64,000 nucleotides of DNA, taken from positions 6,324,001 to 6,388,000 of the forward strand of contig OZ241830.1 of assembly GCA_965202585.1 (NCBI GenBank), given 5' to 3'. This document shows, in pieces, positions 48,557 through 62,429 of this stretch; positions within the stretch are counted from its first letter, which is position 1; the number at the start of each line of letters is the position of its first letter. Position numbers and translations under genes: made by a program. Source of the stretch: Thalia democratica (lineage: Eukaryota). Below the pieces are notes generated by a model that saw only the letters and a list, made by a program, of their open reading frames with translations, did not search any database and was not told the DNA's origin.

Positions 48557-51500
48557 TTGTGACGTCACCATCAGAAATTGACTCGAAGGAAATCGACATC
48601 ACAGGCCATCATGAAACAAACATACATAATATTTGCTAGCTCTTGATCGGGCTTTTTTATTACGACGAACATAATCAGCATACCTTTTATAGATCCTGAC
48701 CTTTCCTTTTCTGTTTTACAGCAAATTCACCTCATTTTTTTCTGTACTCTAAAAAACAAATAAAATTTAGGCAAACAAGAATTTTTAGAGGCCAAACTGT
48801 TAGTGTTTGAAACATAATCATTAAAAACATCAGTAAGGCAATTTTCTTTGTGTAGCTTCAAATCAGTTAGTCAACTTTTGAAAGTTTTCATTTGACTTTC
48901 TTAGAATGTTTTTGTTTGTTTTATTTTGTGTTTTTTCTCTTGATATGCTGTGCGTCATACTAGTTGTTGGTTTGAGTGTTAATATGGAGCCATTCGAAAT
49001 TATTCTATCAAGTTAATTTTTAAACTAATTTAAAAAATAACCTTTAACCATTTGTTGTGCTCTAAAAAGCTCAGCAATTTTTATAAAGCATGTCAATTTA
49101 TACTGTTTCAAGCTTATTTTTGGTTTAAAATTCATTTTATTTTATAAACAAGTGAAGCTAAGCTTACTAAATTGTTATGCTTTATACGAAATTGCTTCAC
49201 GGAAACGGCTCTTTTTCGAAAAATTGTATTTATATATTTATTGCACTTAAAAAATTCATCTTAAAATATGCTTGTAGTTTTGGATTGCGACTTTTTTTTT
49301 TTGTAAAATTTTTTGGAAATTATACCCGAGTGGCACTTTTTAGATGAGTTAGAATATTCTCACACATTTTATTTTCGCCTTAAGTTTTTTTTGTTTTATC
49401 TTTTTTGTTTTGAGTGTCTTATTTCAAGTGGTTTTTTATGAATCCCACAGTTAAATCGCTTCCAAATAATAAATCAGAATGAAAAAACAAACGTTTGGTC
49501 TTGGTTTTTAAGTGTAAAATTAATTTATTCTTAATTAAAAAAAAGTATTAAAACTTAAAAAAAAGATTTTACATTCTTTAATACCATTAAGTTTAGAAAC
49601 GATTTGTTATTTTGAATACTAAGTTATTGTGAATACTTTATTGTTTATTCTAAAAACTATCAAATTTAGATAATTTTTGTGGTTAGTTTAGTTATAAATA
49701 GTATGAATATACACATAAAACTAATTATCAACTGGTTGCTAAGTATTAAGTTGTATTAGTAACTTTGTTAAGTAATCCCTGTGGAGTAAAAAAAAATTGT
49801 GTTTTTTTTAATGTTACTAGAAATAAATAACTTTAACATCTACTGTAATTCTCATAAACTAGTGTTTAGAAAAATTGAAACTTTATACATTGAATAAAAT
49901 TATAAAGAATCAATATTAAGTTAATAGAAAAACCATAAAGCATAGCTTTAAAAACTTGTAAACACGTTTAATATTGTATTTTTTATTCTAGCAAATATTT
50001 GTCATTAAAAAAGTTATGTACAAACTGTTTACTGCTTAAATGTTGGCATAAGCTTTATAAATCACTTTTGAAAGTTAAGCAAATATTGCAAGGCTAAATC
50101 TTTGACTAAACGTTATTTACATTTCTTTCCTACTGATGTTTTGGAGGTTTATTTTAAATGTCAACTATAAATTTCAGATCAAAAATAACTAGTGTTACAT
50201 TTTATCTAAAAACGATAAAATTAAGACTAAAACAAATGTTTTTTTTTTTGAATTGGTAGCTCATTAAATCATAAAGTGTATTAAAATGACTTTGTTTAAG
50301 TTTTTATAACTTTATGACTTATATTGAAAAAATTAAAGAGTTGTTTATTTGTTTAAAAATACAAAATGCAATGTATAAATGTATACTATAGATCAACTAC
50401 TATATTTTGTATTAAATTTAACTCCTTATTTTATACGAAGTTATTGTTTCTGGTTAATATTTTTAAATATATGAATAACTTTTTTGTTTTATAAAGTACA
50501 ATATTAAAACTTTAAACCTACACCTAACAAATTACTTAACTTATCAGTTTCTTAATTAGTTAATAGTTTTTCAAACTTTGAAAATTATACTAAAAAGATT
50601 TATAAAAAGTAAAACCGTCAGAAAACATCAAATAATTTTGAGTGTTTGAAATTCGCTTTTTGTAATTTCAATTGAGTTATTTTATACAGTTTATTAAAAT
50701 TTGAAATTATTTTCATTGAAACTATCATATCACTGACAGCAAACAATTAAACAAAGCAGAGTTAATAAAGAAGTTGTTTAAACTGTATTTGATTAGCTTA
50801 ATGAACAAAACAAAAACAAACAATAGCGAATCAAAACAATGAAGTTAATTCATCGGTCAATGTTGCATCACAATGCAGCTAGCAGTTCAAACTTTAAATC
50901 CACAGCTTAATAAACACATTTGCAGCCAAGTTTATATTTAGTAATTACTGCATGTTTGAAGTTGTGTATATGTGTCGTTATTTAATTGAGAGCAACTGGT
51001 GTCTGCTCGGAAGCTTCTAGATATAAACATTAGTTCAATAAGGCTAGTGTTTATTAAAGTAGGGTGTATTTTTATTTAAAATTTCTTATCTTTTCTACGT
51101 AATGAGTTTTATTTGCAAATAACACTCGAAATTTAATAAACTCTGTCAAAAGAGTCAAAAATAACTACTTGTTATTATCAAGTTCAATATATTTACAACT
51201 ACAGTTAAATAACAGGTTTTTTTTAAAAACTTTGCAACACTTTACTCAAAGTTGCAACGTTTAGTTTTAAACCATCGTTTTCAATTTCTTAAATAATTTT
51301 ATTAACTAAAGAGATCTTTTAAGTAGCAAGAAAAATATCATATTTATATGAATTTGTAAAAAATAGAAAATTAAATGTTAAGTATTCCATGGGTAATTTG
51401 AATGAAAATGTTTTAGCATTTAACTTTGTTTTCTTCTGCAATTATGTGTGCACAAATCATTTACAGCAAACCAAGTGTAAAATCTTTTATACAACTCAAA

Positions 51501-52754
51501 TATCACCGAACCAAACATTCAGAATCCTCCTAGGCAACTAAACAAACATTGAAAGGGGTCAATTGAGCAACAATGGTGTGATATATGAACGACTTGTGCA
51601 AAGCTTTTAACACGCATGTGTGCGTTCATGCGTGACAGATACGTCAGATAGTAAGAATAATACGCATACTTCCTATACAGAGATTTGTGAGTGTAATGTT
51701 TCTTCGGTGTCGAATAAGTATTGAGATACAAATGGTTAATAATTTTATAGCATTACGAGCCAAAAATATTTTTTTTAATCTTTAATTATGCTGTTTGTCA
51801 TATTTTATTAGAAAAGTAATTTACTAACAAAGGGGTTTATTTTCTTTTTTATGGACTTAAGTTTCACTTAAGTTTAATAACAAAAAATTTAAAAGATAGA
51901 AACAACAGTTATACTGTTAAGTTAAAAGGAGCATAAACACAAATAAATTGTTTTTTGTATTCTAACATCTAACCAAACTTAACATTTTAATGTTTAGTTT
52001 TTCTTAATAAACCATTGAAATACCTTCTCGATTTATTTATAACTGTAATACTTTCTTTAAAAGTTAAAATTAATGCATAAAGCTTTGTAAGTTGTTTTTA
52101 GGCAAGTTAGCATAAGTAACAATTAATACAATAGCAACTTAAGTACAATATTAAAGTTTTTTATAAGAAATTGGTTAACTGTCTTGAAAGTATGTTTCAG
52201 CAGTATTGTAAGTTTTTAAGCATTTTTACCAGTAATGATGTGTAACTTAACTAGAAGTGAACAGCTGTATAGACTACTAAAGTTATTATAAACTAATTAG
52301 ATAAAAACTAAACTATTTCATTACTAATTTACAACAAAACATTTCAAACTACCAATTTGTATATAAGCTAGTTAAAGACTACAAACTGCAATCTTTATAG
52401 CTTATCTGTAATTTTTACTCGCATAAAACAAAAGTTTATGCAATAATCGGTAGCTGTTTGGTATTAATTCACCTAGTTTACAAAAAAACATTAAAACAAC
52501 ATTACAGACACATATATATATTTACGCGAGTAAATATTAATAGCAGTATATTGTTATTTCAAAACCCGTTTAACTTACAACGCAATAATAGCTTGAACCG
52601 TATTCTTTTACAAGTAATAACGTAAATTGAAAATTAATGTCCACGAGTATTTATCTACTTATCAAATTTATATCTGTAATCTAACGACCTATTGAAATTA
52701 GATTTTTTCAACATAATGTGGTTTTGTTGTTGTATTTTACGAGCTAAGAATAAT

Positions 52755-54460
52755 ATTGTTTTAATAAGCCACGATCTAAAATTATAGTTTAAAAGCAAAT
52801 TTTTCATTAAGCGTCTACAAAACTTGTGTTTAAAAAAAAAATCATAAACTTAATGTTCTTGATAGCTTTGACTTCTTGTACTTTAATTTTCAATACAAGT
52901 TACTTAAGGTATAGTAGTAACTAGTATTACTTGCTAATTATGATCAAAAAAATCGAAGACGGTATTTTTGATAAGTTTAAGTTTCATCTTGAAATAATAT
53001 ACCTTTAAAACTAGCAAAAGTAAAAGCAATTCTGTGTACCCATATAGATATTGATTGAATAAACAAATTTTAGTTTAATGATATTTATAACTATTGCAAA
53101 AGGTAGACAAATCAATTAAAATAGGCTTGGCCGGTAAAAACCTTGGAAACTTAATGTTAAAGTTCAAGTTATAATTAATTACTAGCTTAGTTATTTTTAA
53201 CTAAAACGTTCAAATTAAAATTTATCTGTTGGATTTTAAGAACCTTAAATATGTTTTGATTAGGCTCTCTTTAGAAAAATATAAATTTTAAAGAGTAGTT
53301 TAGCTTAGATAAGATATTTTAATAATAATGTTTTAATAAGCCACGATCTAAAATGATAGTTTAAAAGCAAACTGTTTATTAAGCGTCTGTAAAACTTGTG
53401 TTTTTAAAGAAATTTCATAAACTTAATGTTCTTGATAGCTTTGACTTTTTGTACTTTAATTTTCAATACAAATTACTAAAGTTTTGATAAAAGCCTGTTT
53501 TTTCTTCTTATTTATTACCAAAATGATCATATATTGTTTTAGGTGTTTTTGATAAACTTAAGTTTTAACTTAAAATACTCTAACTTTAAAACTAGCAAAA
53601 TTAAAAGCAATTCTCTGTACCCATATAGATATTGATCAAATAAACAATTTTCTTTTTATGATATTTATAACTGTTGCATGAGTTAGAAGAATTAACTAAC
53701 ATAGGTTTGGTCGGTACTAGTTAAAAACTTAATGCTAAAGTTTAATTCATAATTAATTACTAGCTTAGCCATTTTTAATTAAAACGTTCAAATTAGAGTT
53801 TGTATGTTGTATTTCAAGAACCTTAAATATGTCGTTAGTAAGCTTTTTTTATAAAAAATTAAAATTTTTAAGAAACATTTGACTTAAAAAATTTATAATA
53901 TTAATAATAATTTTTTATAAGCAACGATCTAAAATGGTAGTTTAAAAGCAAGTTTTTTATTAAGCTTCTTCAAAACTTGTGTATTTTCAAATATATTTTT
54001 AACTCAATTTTTGTGATAGCTTTGACTTTTAGAACTTTAGTTTTCAATACAAATTACTAAAGTTTTGATAAAAGCCTGTACTTTTAGTTAATTATGATCA
54101 AAAAAAAAAGTTGTCTAAAATATTTTTGGTAAATTTAAGTTTCAACTTAAACTACTGTAACTTTCAAACTATCTAAACTAAACTAAACGCAATTTTCTGT
54201 ACCCATTTAGATATTGATGGAATAAACAAATTTTAGCTTAATGATATTAATAACTATGCGAAAGTTAGACAAATTAGTGAAAATAGACTTGGTCGGTACT
54301 AGTTGAAAATTTGCAAAACTAATGTGAAAGTTCAAGTCATAATTAATTACTAGCTTAGCTATTTTTAATGAACAAGTTCAAATTAAAGTTTATATGTTGT
54401 ATTTCAACAACATTAAGTACGTTTTAATTAAGTTTTCCTTAAAAAATTTAGAGATAAAAA
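52755..54460. repeat. Three diverged tandem copies of a ~575-bp AT-rich unit
   Basis: Anchor cgatctaaaat at ~52772, ~53344, ~53925 (spacing ~572 and ~581); shared gatagctttgact, ctgtacccat(a/t)tagatattgat, ataattaattactagcttag. End coordinates approximate. Confidence 0.88.
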
Positions 54461-57400
54461 CGTAGTTTTGAAAGAATAATTAAGATTTAGAAATTCATAC
54501 TGTTAGTACTCTATAGCAGTTTAAAACATCAAGTGTTTAAATTGTTATTTATTTTTAGTATTATAATAAAACTACTGACCACTAAACTTGTTGAAGTTTC
54601 AAGTAGTAAAATTCAAAACTTTAAAAATTGGAAAACTTTAAAAAAAGGACCTAACGACAGTTGATGAAAACTGAATTTCTCGGAAACTCCTAAATATTCC
54701 GAATACTTCAATAAAACAGGCAATAAAATCCTATTTAAAATTATTTAACGACAGCAATAAAAAACAATAAAACTTTTAGTTTTTTTTATTCCGTGGTCGG
54801 AACGTGATATGTTCGTGGTCTACTTTAAATTCTCCATTGTTTTGTTTTACAGCCAGCGCAATAAAATTTTATTTCTACAAATTTTACAGCTACTTCAAAC
54901 AAAACACTTAAACTTAACTGTCTGTTTTAAAATGTCAAACTTTTGATGCTATACAAACTGTAGGATGTAAGCTTTTGAGCTTATTAAATTTAATATCTAA
55001 ATAGTGTAGTAAAATTTAACTTTTTTAAATGTAAAATTGTTCTTAAGTAAAGCTATTAAAATCTATATTTTAATTTTTTTTCATTTATTTATAGATTGAA
55101 GGCCTTAACAATTTTTTTAAGAATGAATCGTCAAAAAACAGTGTCTAGACCTAGATGCTTTATTAATTGAAATTTATTAACCTACGTTTTTTACGATAGC
55201 ATGTAAAGTTGAATTGAAATTAAAATAAACTTACAAAACCTTTAAAATAATTAAAATATATCGCTTTTATTAAAATTTTCAGTGGTTGATTTACAATCCT
55301 TATACTAAACTTTACCAACATGTTAAAACATTTTTTAATGAAAGGTTCGGTCAAATTTAACATTGTAAAATAGACTATTTCAGATAAAATTTTTTTCACT
55401 TCAGCCACAGTTAATTAAATTATGCTATGTATTAGCACGTAAAATGTATTAATTTAAAAATAATGAATTTCTTTATAAAATCTATAGACAGCCTTTTTGA
55501 ACCACAAACATAGCTAATTTAAGTTTAATTAAAACGCAAAGTTTTTCTGTGAATTCACTATAGTTTTAAAATGATAGTTTTAATCAAAAATTGCCAATGT
55601 TTTACAATAAACACTTTCTTTATAATTAAGTTTTAATTAGTTCTGAGAATATTGTAACTTTATAAGCTGCACTTAAAACTTAAATGATAATCTCGCTTAG
55701 TTATTTGATAAACTGTTAAATTATTTTAATTACTAAAAATTAAGATATCAGTCATAAAGTCCTTTTTTTTAGATCCTTATTTATCCATAATGGATTTTTC
55801 TTTAAGTAGCGCTTATACAAAGTTGTTCAAAAGAATTTATGAAAAAAATAGACCTGGTTTGATGTGTGAACACGAGAACTTTTACAAAAAAAAAACTTAA
55901 TTAAAACTTGATTTGATTAATGATTTGCTTTTGTTGAATTATAATACCGGTAAATAAATGTTTTGTTTTAATTTTAAAACTTAATAACATCAGCTAATCA
56001 AAACTGATTAAAATTCTAGACGAAGTGTATAGTTATCAATTTAAAATATTTCAAAAATAAAGCCGTAAAAACTAAAAGTTTAGTTAAGATGTCTATTTTA
56101 AAATAAAACGGTTAATAGTTTTAGACAGAAAAATAAAATCAATAATTGTCAAAGTTTTAAAAACTCGCATTATTTCAAAGTTAATGATATCGATTCACAA
56201 AGATATGTATTTAAAAAAAAATCGAATATTTTTAAACAACAAGTATTATGAGATCACCAAAAACCGGAAAAAGACTATTGTTCATAAATTCAATGGTATA
56301 AAAAAAGAAAGACACAAACACTTCACTTCAAGGTTAAACATGTATCTTGTAGTATAAACATTTAAAAGCAACTTTTTTCTAACTTCTTGTTGAAATACAT
56401 TTTTTTAGAAATAAGTACCACAGACTATTTAGCAAACAACTTCAAAACAAAAAAAAACATTTTGTTTATTTTTGGTCTGAAAATAGCTTATTTGATATTT
56501 TATTAAGTTTATTATCTCATAATAATGTTTTACATGTTTGTATTCACAGTTTAAGAGCTTTTAACTCTCAGTTTACTCAACATTGGCTTAAAACATTATT
56601 ATTTAACTTTGGCTATTGTAGATTTATGATATAATTTCCCTAATAAAGTATGAAATAGAATGCTTTTTAAATACTATATAATAAAATCCAAAAAAAAATT
56701 TCCTTTTATTCTCTGAAGCTTGTATATACTTGAGAAGTTTACTTTAAAAGATTAAATTGTTTCCTGTCTTTTTATAGATGTTTTTAGAGTACGCTTGTAT
56801 ACTTTAAATTTAATCCGAAAATAATATAAAGAATTAAAATATAAAAACAGTTAGAGCTTATGGAAGTGTTTAAACAACTGGGAAATAAAAACGTAAACTA
56901 ATAAATATAATCTTGAGAAATATATTTTGGTTTTAATGGTTTTCTGTTCTAAGAAATTAAACAAAAACAGTAAAGCTTATAAACTGTTAGTATAACATCG
57001 CATCCAATAATATATTCAAAACTGAAGATAATAAAAGCTTTGTGAACTTTTAAAATTTTTAAATAGATTTAAAAACGAGTAATTTGAAAATAAGAATGTA
57101 ATGTATTTTTACTAAAGATAATAAACATCTAACCTATAATAGCTTTTTCTACTAAAATTTCTAAATCGTTTTATTTTGCACGAATACTTGTTTAAAATGT
57201 CTTATATATGAATTAAAAAGTTTTAAAGCACGTCTATATTAATCTTTTGTTGAACTTAGATATTATTTGAAACAAATCACATATTTCTTTTTAATTTTCA
57301 GATGTCATGTACTGCCCTTATCTTTGGATTAGTTTAAAACAACGGAAAAAACAATTCAACATTTCTATTAATAAGCATAAAACATGATTAAACTTACTGA

Positions 57401-58022
57401 TGACTTCAAGTTTTAGTAAAAACTTAACCTTTCAAAAGTTGTTAAGATACTGAGTTATCAAAGTTTATACAATAAAATAGTAATTGATCTCATCAAAATA
57501 CATAGAGGAAGCTTTAGTATTTTGAAACAAATGTTTAAATCGAATTTTTTGTTACAATGTTACTCCAAACATTTTTTTTACAAACCGTTTTTATCTTAAG
57601 TTGCCACTAGCTTCATCAAATTTAGTAAAACATCTAAGATGGAATAAAGTACAGCGTATCGCATAAACGTATTACTAAAGAAATATATCTTGTTTAAGAT
57701 ATTTTTTACTAATAATAACCTTTTCAAAAGTATTGACGAGATAAATAATAAAAAACATTTTTCAACACACAACAATATATAAAAAAATATTTTTTGATTT
57801 TAAAGTATCAACTTATAAAAGTTACAGACTTGTAAGCAAACACATCAATAAAAATAAAATGGTTTTTGTTTGCATTTAGTCTCCACTTATCTTGTTTGAT
57901 ATTACATTGAATAAACTTTCTCTTTTTAATGCTATGTTATACATGTTTGAATACACATTTTACTTTCAACCTAAACTTTTCAAATTTAGTTTTCATGGCA
58001 TTTGTGTGTTTAGTTATTAGAT

Positions 58023-61020
58023 CAGGGGTCGGCAGGCAGTTGGTGGTCGCGGGCCAAATTTCAAGTTTCCAAAGTCTTCGCGGGCCGCAGTTTTAGTTTT
58101 AGTGACATTTGAATAATCTTTTGGTTTTAGTTTTAGTCACACTAGAGAAAAGTTTTACTTTTATTCACCTTATTATTTTGAATGACTTTTAGCTATACAT
58201 ACAATGCCTATTTAAATTAATATTTATTTGAATAAAATTTACATTGACTAATATACTTCAATGTTAATAAACTATGTACTTTCATAAGCACTTAAAAAGT
58301 TAAACTTAATACTTTTATAATTTTACTTACAGGCTAACTCTCTATAAAAAATCTAACTTGAAAGACAATTTATTGGTTACTTTTATACATTTGTCATATT
58401 ATCAACCTTTTTTTCATATTTCTAATAATATTTACTTCAAAAAAAGTTTTCGCGTGTTAAATAATTTACACTCATTAAAAAAATAGTAATTAATTAACTT
58501 AACAAAACTAATACCTGTTTTTATACCAGAAAGCTAAAACAAATTCTTTAACATTATTAATTTTCGAGTACTTTAATAAAATATGTTATTAGTAATTAGT
58601 CTTTTACATGGTTGCCACTTAAAAATCAAAAAAGTCTGAATTGTATCAAACTAGCCTAAGTTTATTAAGAGCTAATAAATATATGTTAATCAAGCTTAAA
58701 TACCTAGTTTAAATATCATTATTATCAAAAAGTACTCAAAATGTAAGAAAACAAGAAAAAATTACGATTAGTAAACTACACTAAAGTGATAAAACCTATT
58801 CTGAGAATTGGAAGATTTCTTTAAAGTGCCAAAATAAAAGTTTGACACACACCTAAGTTTTCAAGCTTTTTAAATAGCCTGTTTGTGTAGCAACCCAGCT
58901 AAAATAAAGTTCACAACATAAAAATATAACAAAGGTTTTTAACAGTAAATAAATTACATGCCAAAAAAAATTATAAGTCAGCTGGAATGGACAATTACGT
59001 TTCTTCAACAAATTTAAGAAAAATATAAAACTTTATAGAGTCGTTAGCTAAGTAGAAAAACTTATTTTTATTAAGCATTATAGCAAATCTTTATCTGCAT
59101 TAGGAATACTGCACTTAAAAATAGTAATTGTACAATATAAGACGAGCTACAACATTAAAAAAACGTTAGTTAGGAGTTATTGCGAGTAACGAAAAAAAAA
59201 ACAATTCACTATAGTCAGTTCCAACAAAGTACATGATAATCTTTAGTAACTACATAATGATCAGAAAAAATAGTTAAGTCAAGTTATGCAGTAGCAAAAT
59301 TTATTACTTAAAATGAGATACCGTTAATAATTCGAAAAAATTTTTTAAGAGTTTATGATGGTAATAATGAAAAACTTTTGTTTATACAACAATAAGTCTT
59401 GTTTAGAAAATGCATTAAGGTTATAAAGTCGCATAAATTAAATTAGTACTTCAATCAATCTGTTAACATGAGAGCACTGATAGAAAAACTATTGCTAATC
59501 TAAGAATTTTTATTTTAATAAAAAAATATTTATTTGGTAAATTCTTTGTGTGAAACCGAAATTTCATTAAATTACATGTAAAAATTGTTTGTAATACCAG
59601 GTCTTTTCGAAAATTCTCAAATTCAAGTCTTTTTTCAGAATTTTTAAGCATAATTGTTCAAATTTAAAGCTTTTCCAAGATTCAAGTTTTTTGGCAACAC
59701 TGATTGTTAACACTTAAATATACAAAATTATATAAATATTTTTTTGAATTACATCAGCTTCAAAACTTAAAATACAACATATATTATAACTCAAACTAAA
59801 ACTGTGGATTGAGCAAAACATACATCATAAGTTTAATTTGCCACTCTTTCAAGCAAAAAATCCAGCCTGAGTCAACAAAATCATTTATGGTATTTTTGTA
59901 TACAAAATCAATTCTAGCCTAAAACTTAAAAAATGAATAGTTGGCCTGAGATTTGAAGTCTTCAAATAGTGATAGTCTAAATGTGTGGTATTGTTTAGTT
60001 TTTTATTTGCTTGAATTTGAACTAATTTGATTATTAATGTACAAACTTAACAAAATTACTATCCCTAAATCTAGTTTATATTAAATAGGTAGCCTAAAAA
60101 AACAGGAATTGTGTGTATTGATATGCAAGGCATAAAACTTAACTTAGTTCGAGAAAAAAAATGTTTGAAAAATGAAAATGTATACCTACAAAAACTATGT
60201 TATTTTTTGTCATATATATTGTTTTAAATGTGTCTGTACAAATTTAGATATTACATGTAGAAAGAAGAATGTTAGAAAATTATGCATAAACTAAACTCAA
60301 ACTAAATAAAGTATAGAATAAAAAGTGGCTTTAAATATTTGCATCTTTTTAAGTTGGTGTGCATAGAAATTTATTTCAAGTGCAAAGAAAACTTCTATAA
60401 AACTTAAAATCAAAAAAACCTTATTTCTTATTACTGTGTTATTTTAAATATGCTTACAATAAATTTTAACATTTAAAAATAAAAAATCTATGAAAGAAAC
60501 TTAGGTATATAAAATATTGAAAAAGAATATCTAAGCTATAAAGAAATGACACTTTAGTTAATTACTGTGCATTAACTTTTGTACAAAATGGAAAACATTT
60601 AGTTTGTTTAATAAATAGTTATTTTATAACTAACTTATTAAATCTAAGCACTCTTTACATTTTTTTTTCAGCTAATTATTTGCTGTTTTAAAAAAGAAGT
60701 TATAATGGAAACGAGAAAATGACCTGTTAGAACGCTAATCTGTCTTTTTCACATTTTTATACTAAAGCAGTAATTTCTTCTAATGATTTTGAAATGGTAT
60801 TCAGAGACTTGAAACCAAACTAATCAAATTAAATCGAATTACCGAAAAAAATTTAACTTGAAATATATTATTGCTCGGCGGGCCACATTTGCATGCTCGC
60901 GGGCCACAAAATTTTCTTTCGCGGGCCGCATTCCACTCAAAAAAATAACGTGCTCGCGGGCCGCAGACTTATCCTTCGCGGGCCGCATTTGGCCCGCGGG
61001 CCGCAGTTTGCCGACCCCTG
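58023..61020. mobile_element. Non-autonomous hAT (Charlie/Buster-type) DNA transposon, 2998 bp
   Basis: 12-bp perfect TIRs CAGGGGTCGGCA (58023) / TGCCGACCCCTG (61009-61020); identical 8-bp TSD TATTAGAT (58015-58022 and 61021-61028) with central TA; multiple subterminal GCGGGCC repeats at both ends; no transposase ORF inside. Confidence 0.93.
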
Positions 61021-62429
61021 TATTAGATAGACTACAAAGTTTATAACAACTATTTTGAATAAAACTTTTAGCCACAAACCTTAAAAGCTTGTTTATTCAT
61101 AAAACGGTTATACGTTGTACGGTTACACAAAATCAACATAAAATCAAAATAAAAACGTTTAAATAAAACCTTGAAATTAAATTATGTTATAAGTTAAAAG
61201 GACTTAAAAAGCTCACTTTCTTTTCACATTAGAAGTTAGAAGAAGATACAACGTTTTGTTTAATATAGTATTTGCATAAGAAATTTGATTTAGATAAAAT
61301 TTTGTGGTCATTTACTTACTTTAAGTTTTTCTAAATTGAATTAAAAGCAAATACCTTAAAGTAGACGTATAAGACGAAATAAAAACATTTAAGCATTATC
61401 TAGCAAAAGTTGTGAGAATAATTTATATAATTTTGAGAAACTTAGTACAATTGATTAAATAACTTCCTACTTCTAATATAATTTATTTATAAAGCAAAGT
61501 ACATATTTAATGTTTATTGCCAAAGTTAAACAAATAGGTGGTTATAAAAAACAATTCTGAGGTTTTGTGGTGTAATGTGTATCCTATACTTTGTATTATT
61601 CTCTCAGTATTTATTTTAAGAAAGTCTATTTGAAAACTTGTGATCCAAGGCTTAGAATTTCATATGCTTTAACTATTCTAACTTATTTTTTGCTTTCAAA
61701 AAGAATTTTTTATGGTTTTGTACAACAGTTTTATGAACTTTAATAACATATGTATTTTTTTACGTTTAAGTAGCAGTGTTACAAGTTATGAAGTTAAGTT
61801 TACTTCATAAAACTGTTTTTCAACTTCAAAATGCTATATTGTGTTAAAAAAGTACAAATCTCGATAAAACTATAATTGTAGATATTTAATTTGCATTGAT
61901 GAACAAAAGGTATATAAAAACAAAATCTTGAATTTTTAATAGCTAAAACAATATAAAGTTTTACAAGTACAAATATTTTTTCAAGTTTAATTGGTTTTAA
62001 TATGAGTTTTTTAAATTATTTTCTTTTGATGTTTATATATTTAATTGTTAACTTAAAAATTTAAATTTTTTAATTTATTCTTTCAAATGTTTTTTTTTTC
62101 TTAATATTTATGTATTTATTCTGAATGAATTAAGTGTTAAAGATTTTTTTTAACATACGTATAACTTTATATTTTAAATAAAGAAAAATAATGAAAGTAA
62201 TTATTAGTTATGATTAAATGATTAAATCAGTCAAAAGTTCAGTACTACAACTTTCCACGAACTTTTTTTACAAAACTCAAGTACATGGTATCTAAAATAT
62301 TTCTGTACATTAAATAAATTGATTTCAATGTAAAAATTATTACAATTAAACATCCTATTTAAATTGTAAACTACATCTAGACGCTATCAACGTTCATAAA
62401 TGTTGTAATAACCATTAAAGGTCAAGATA

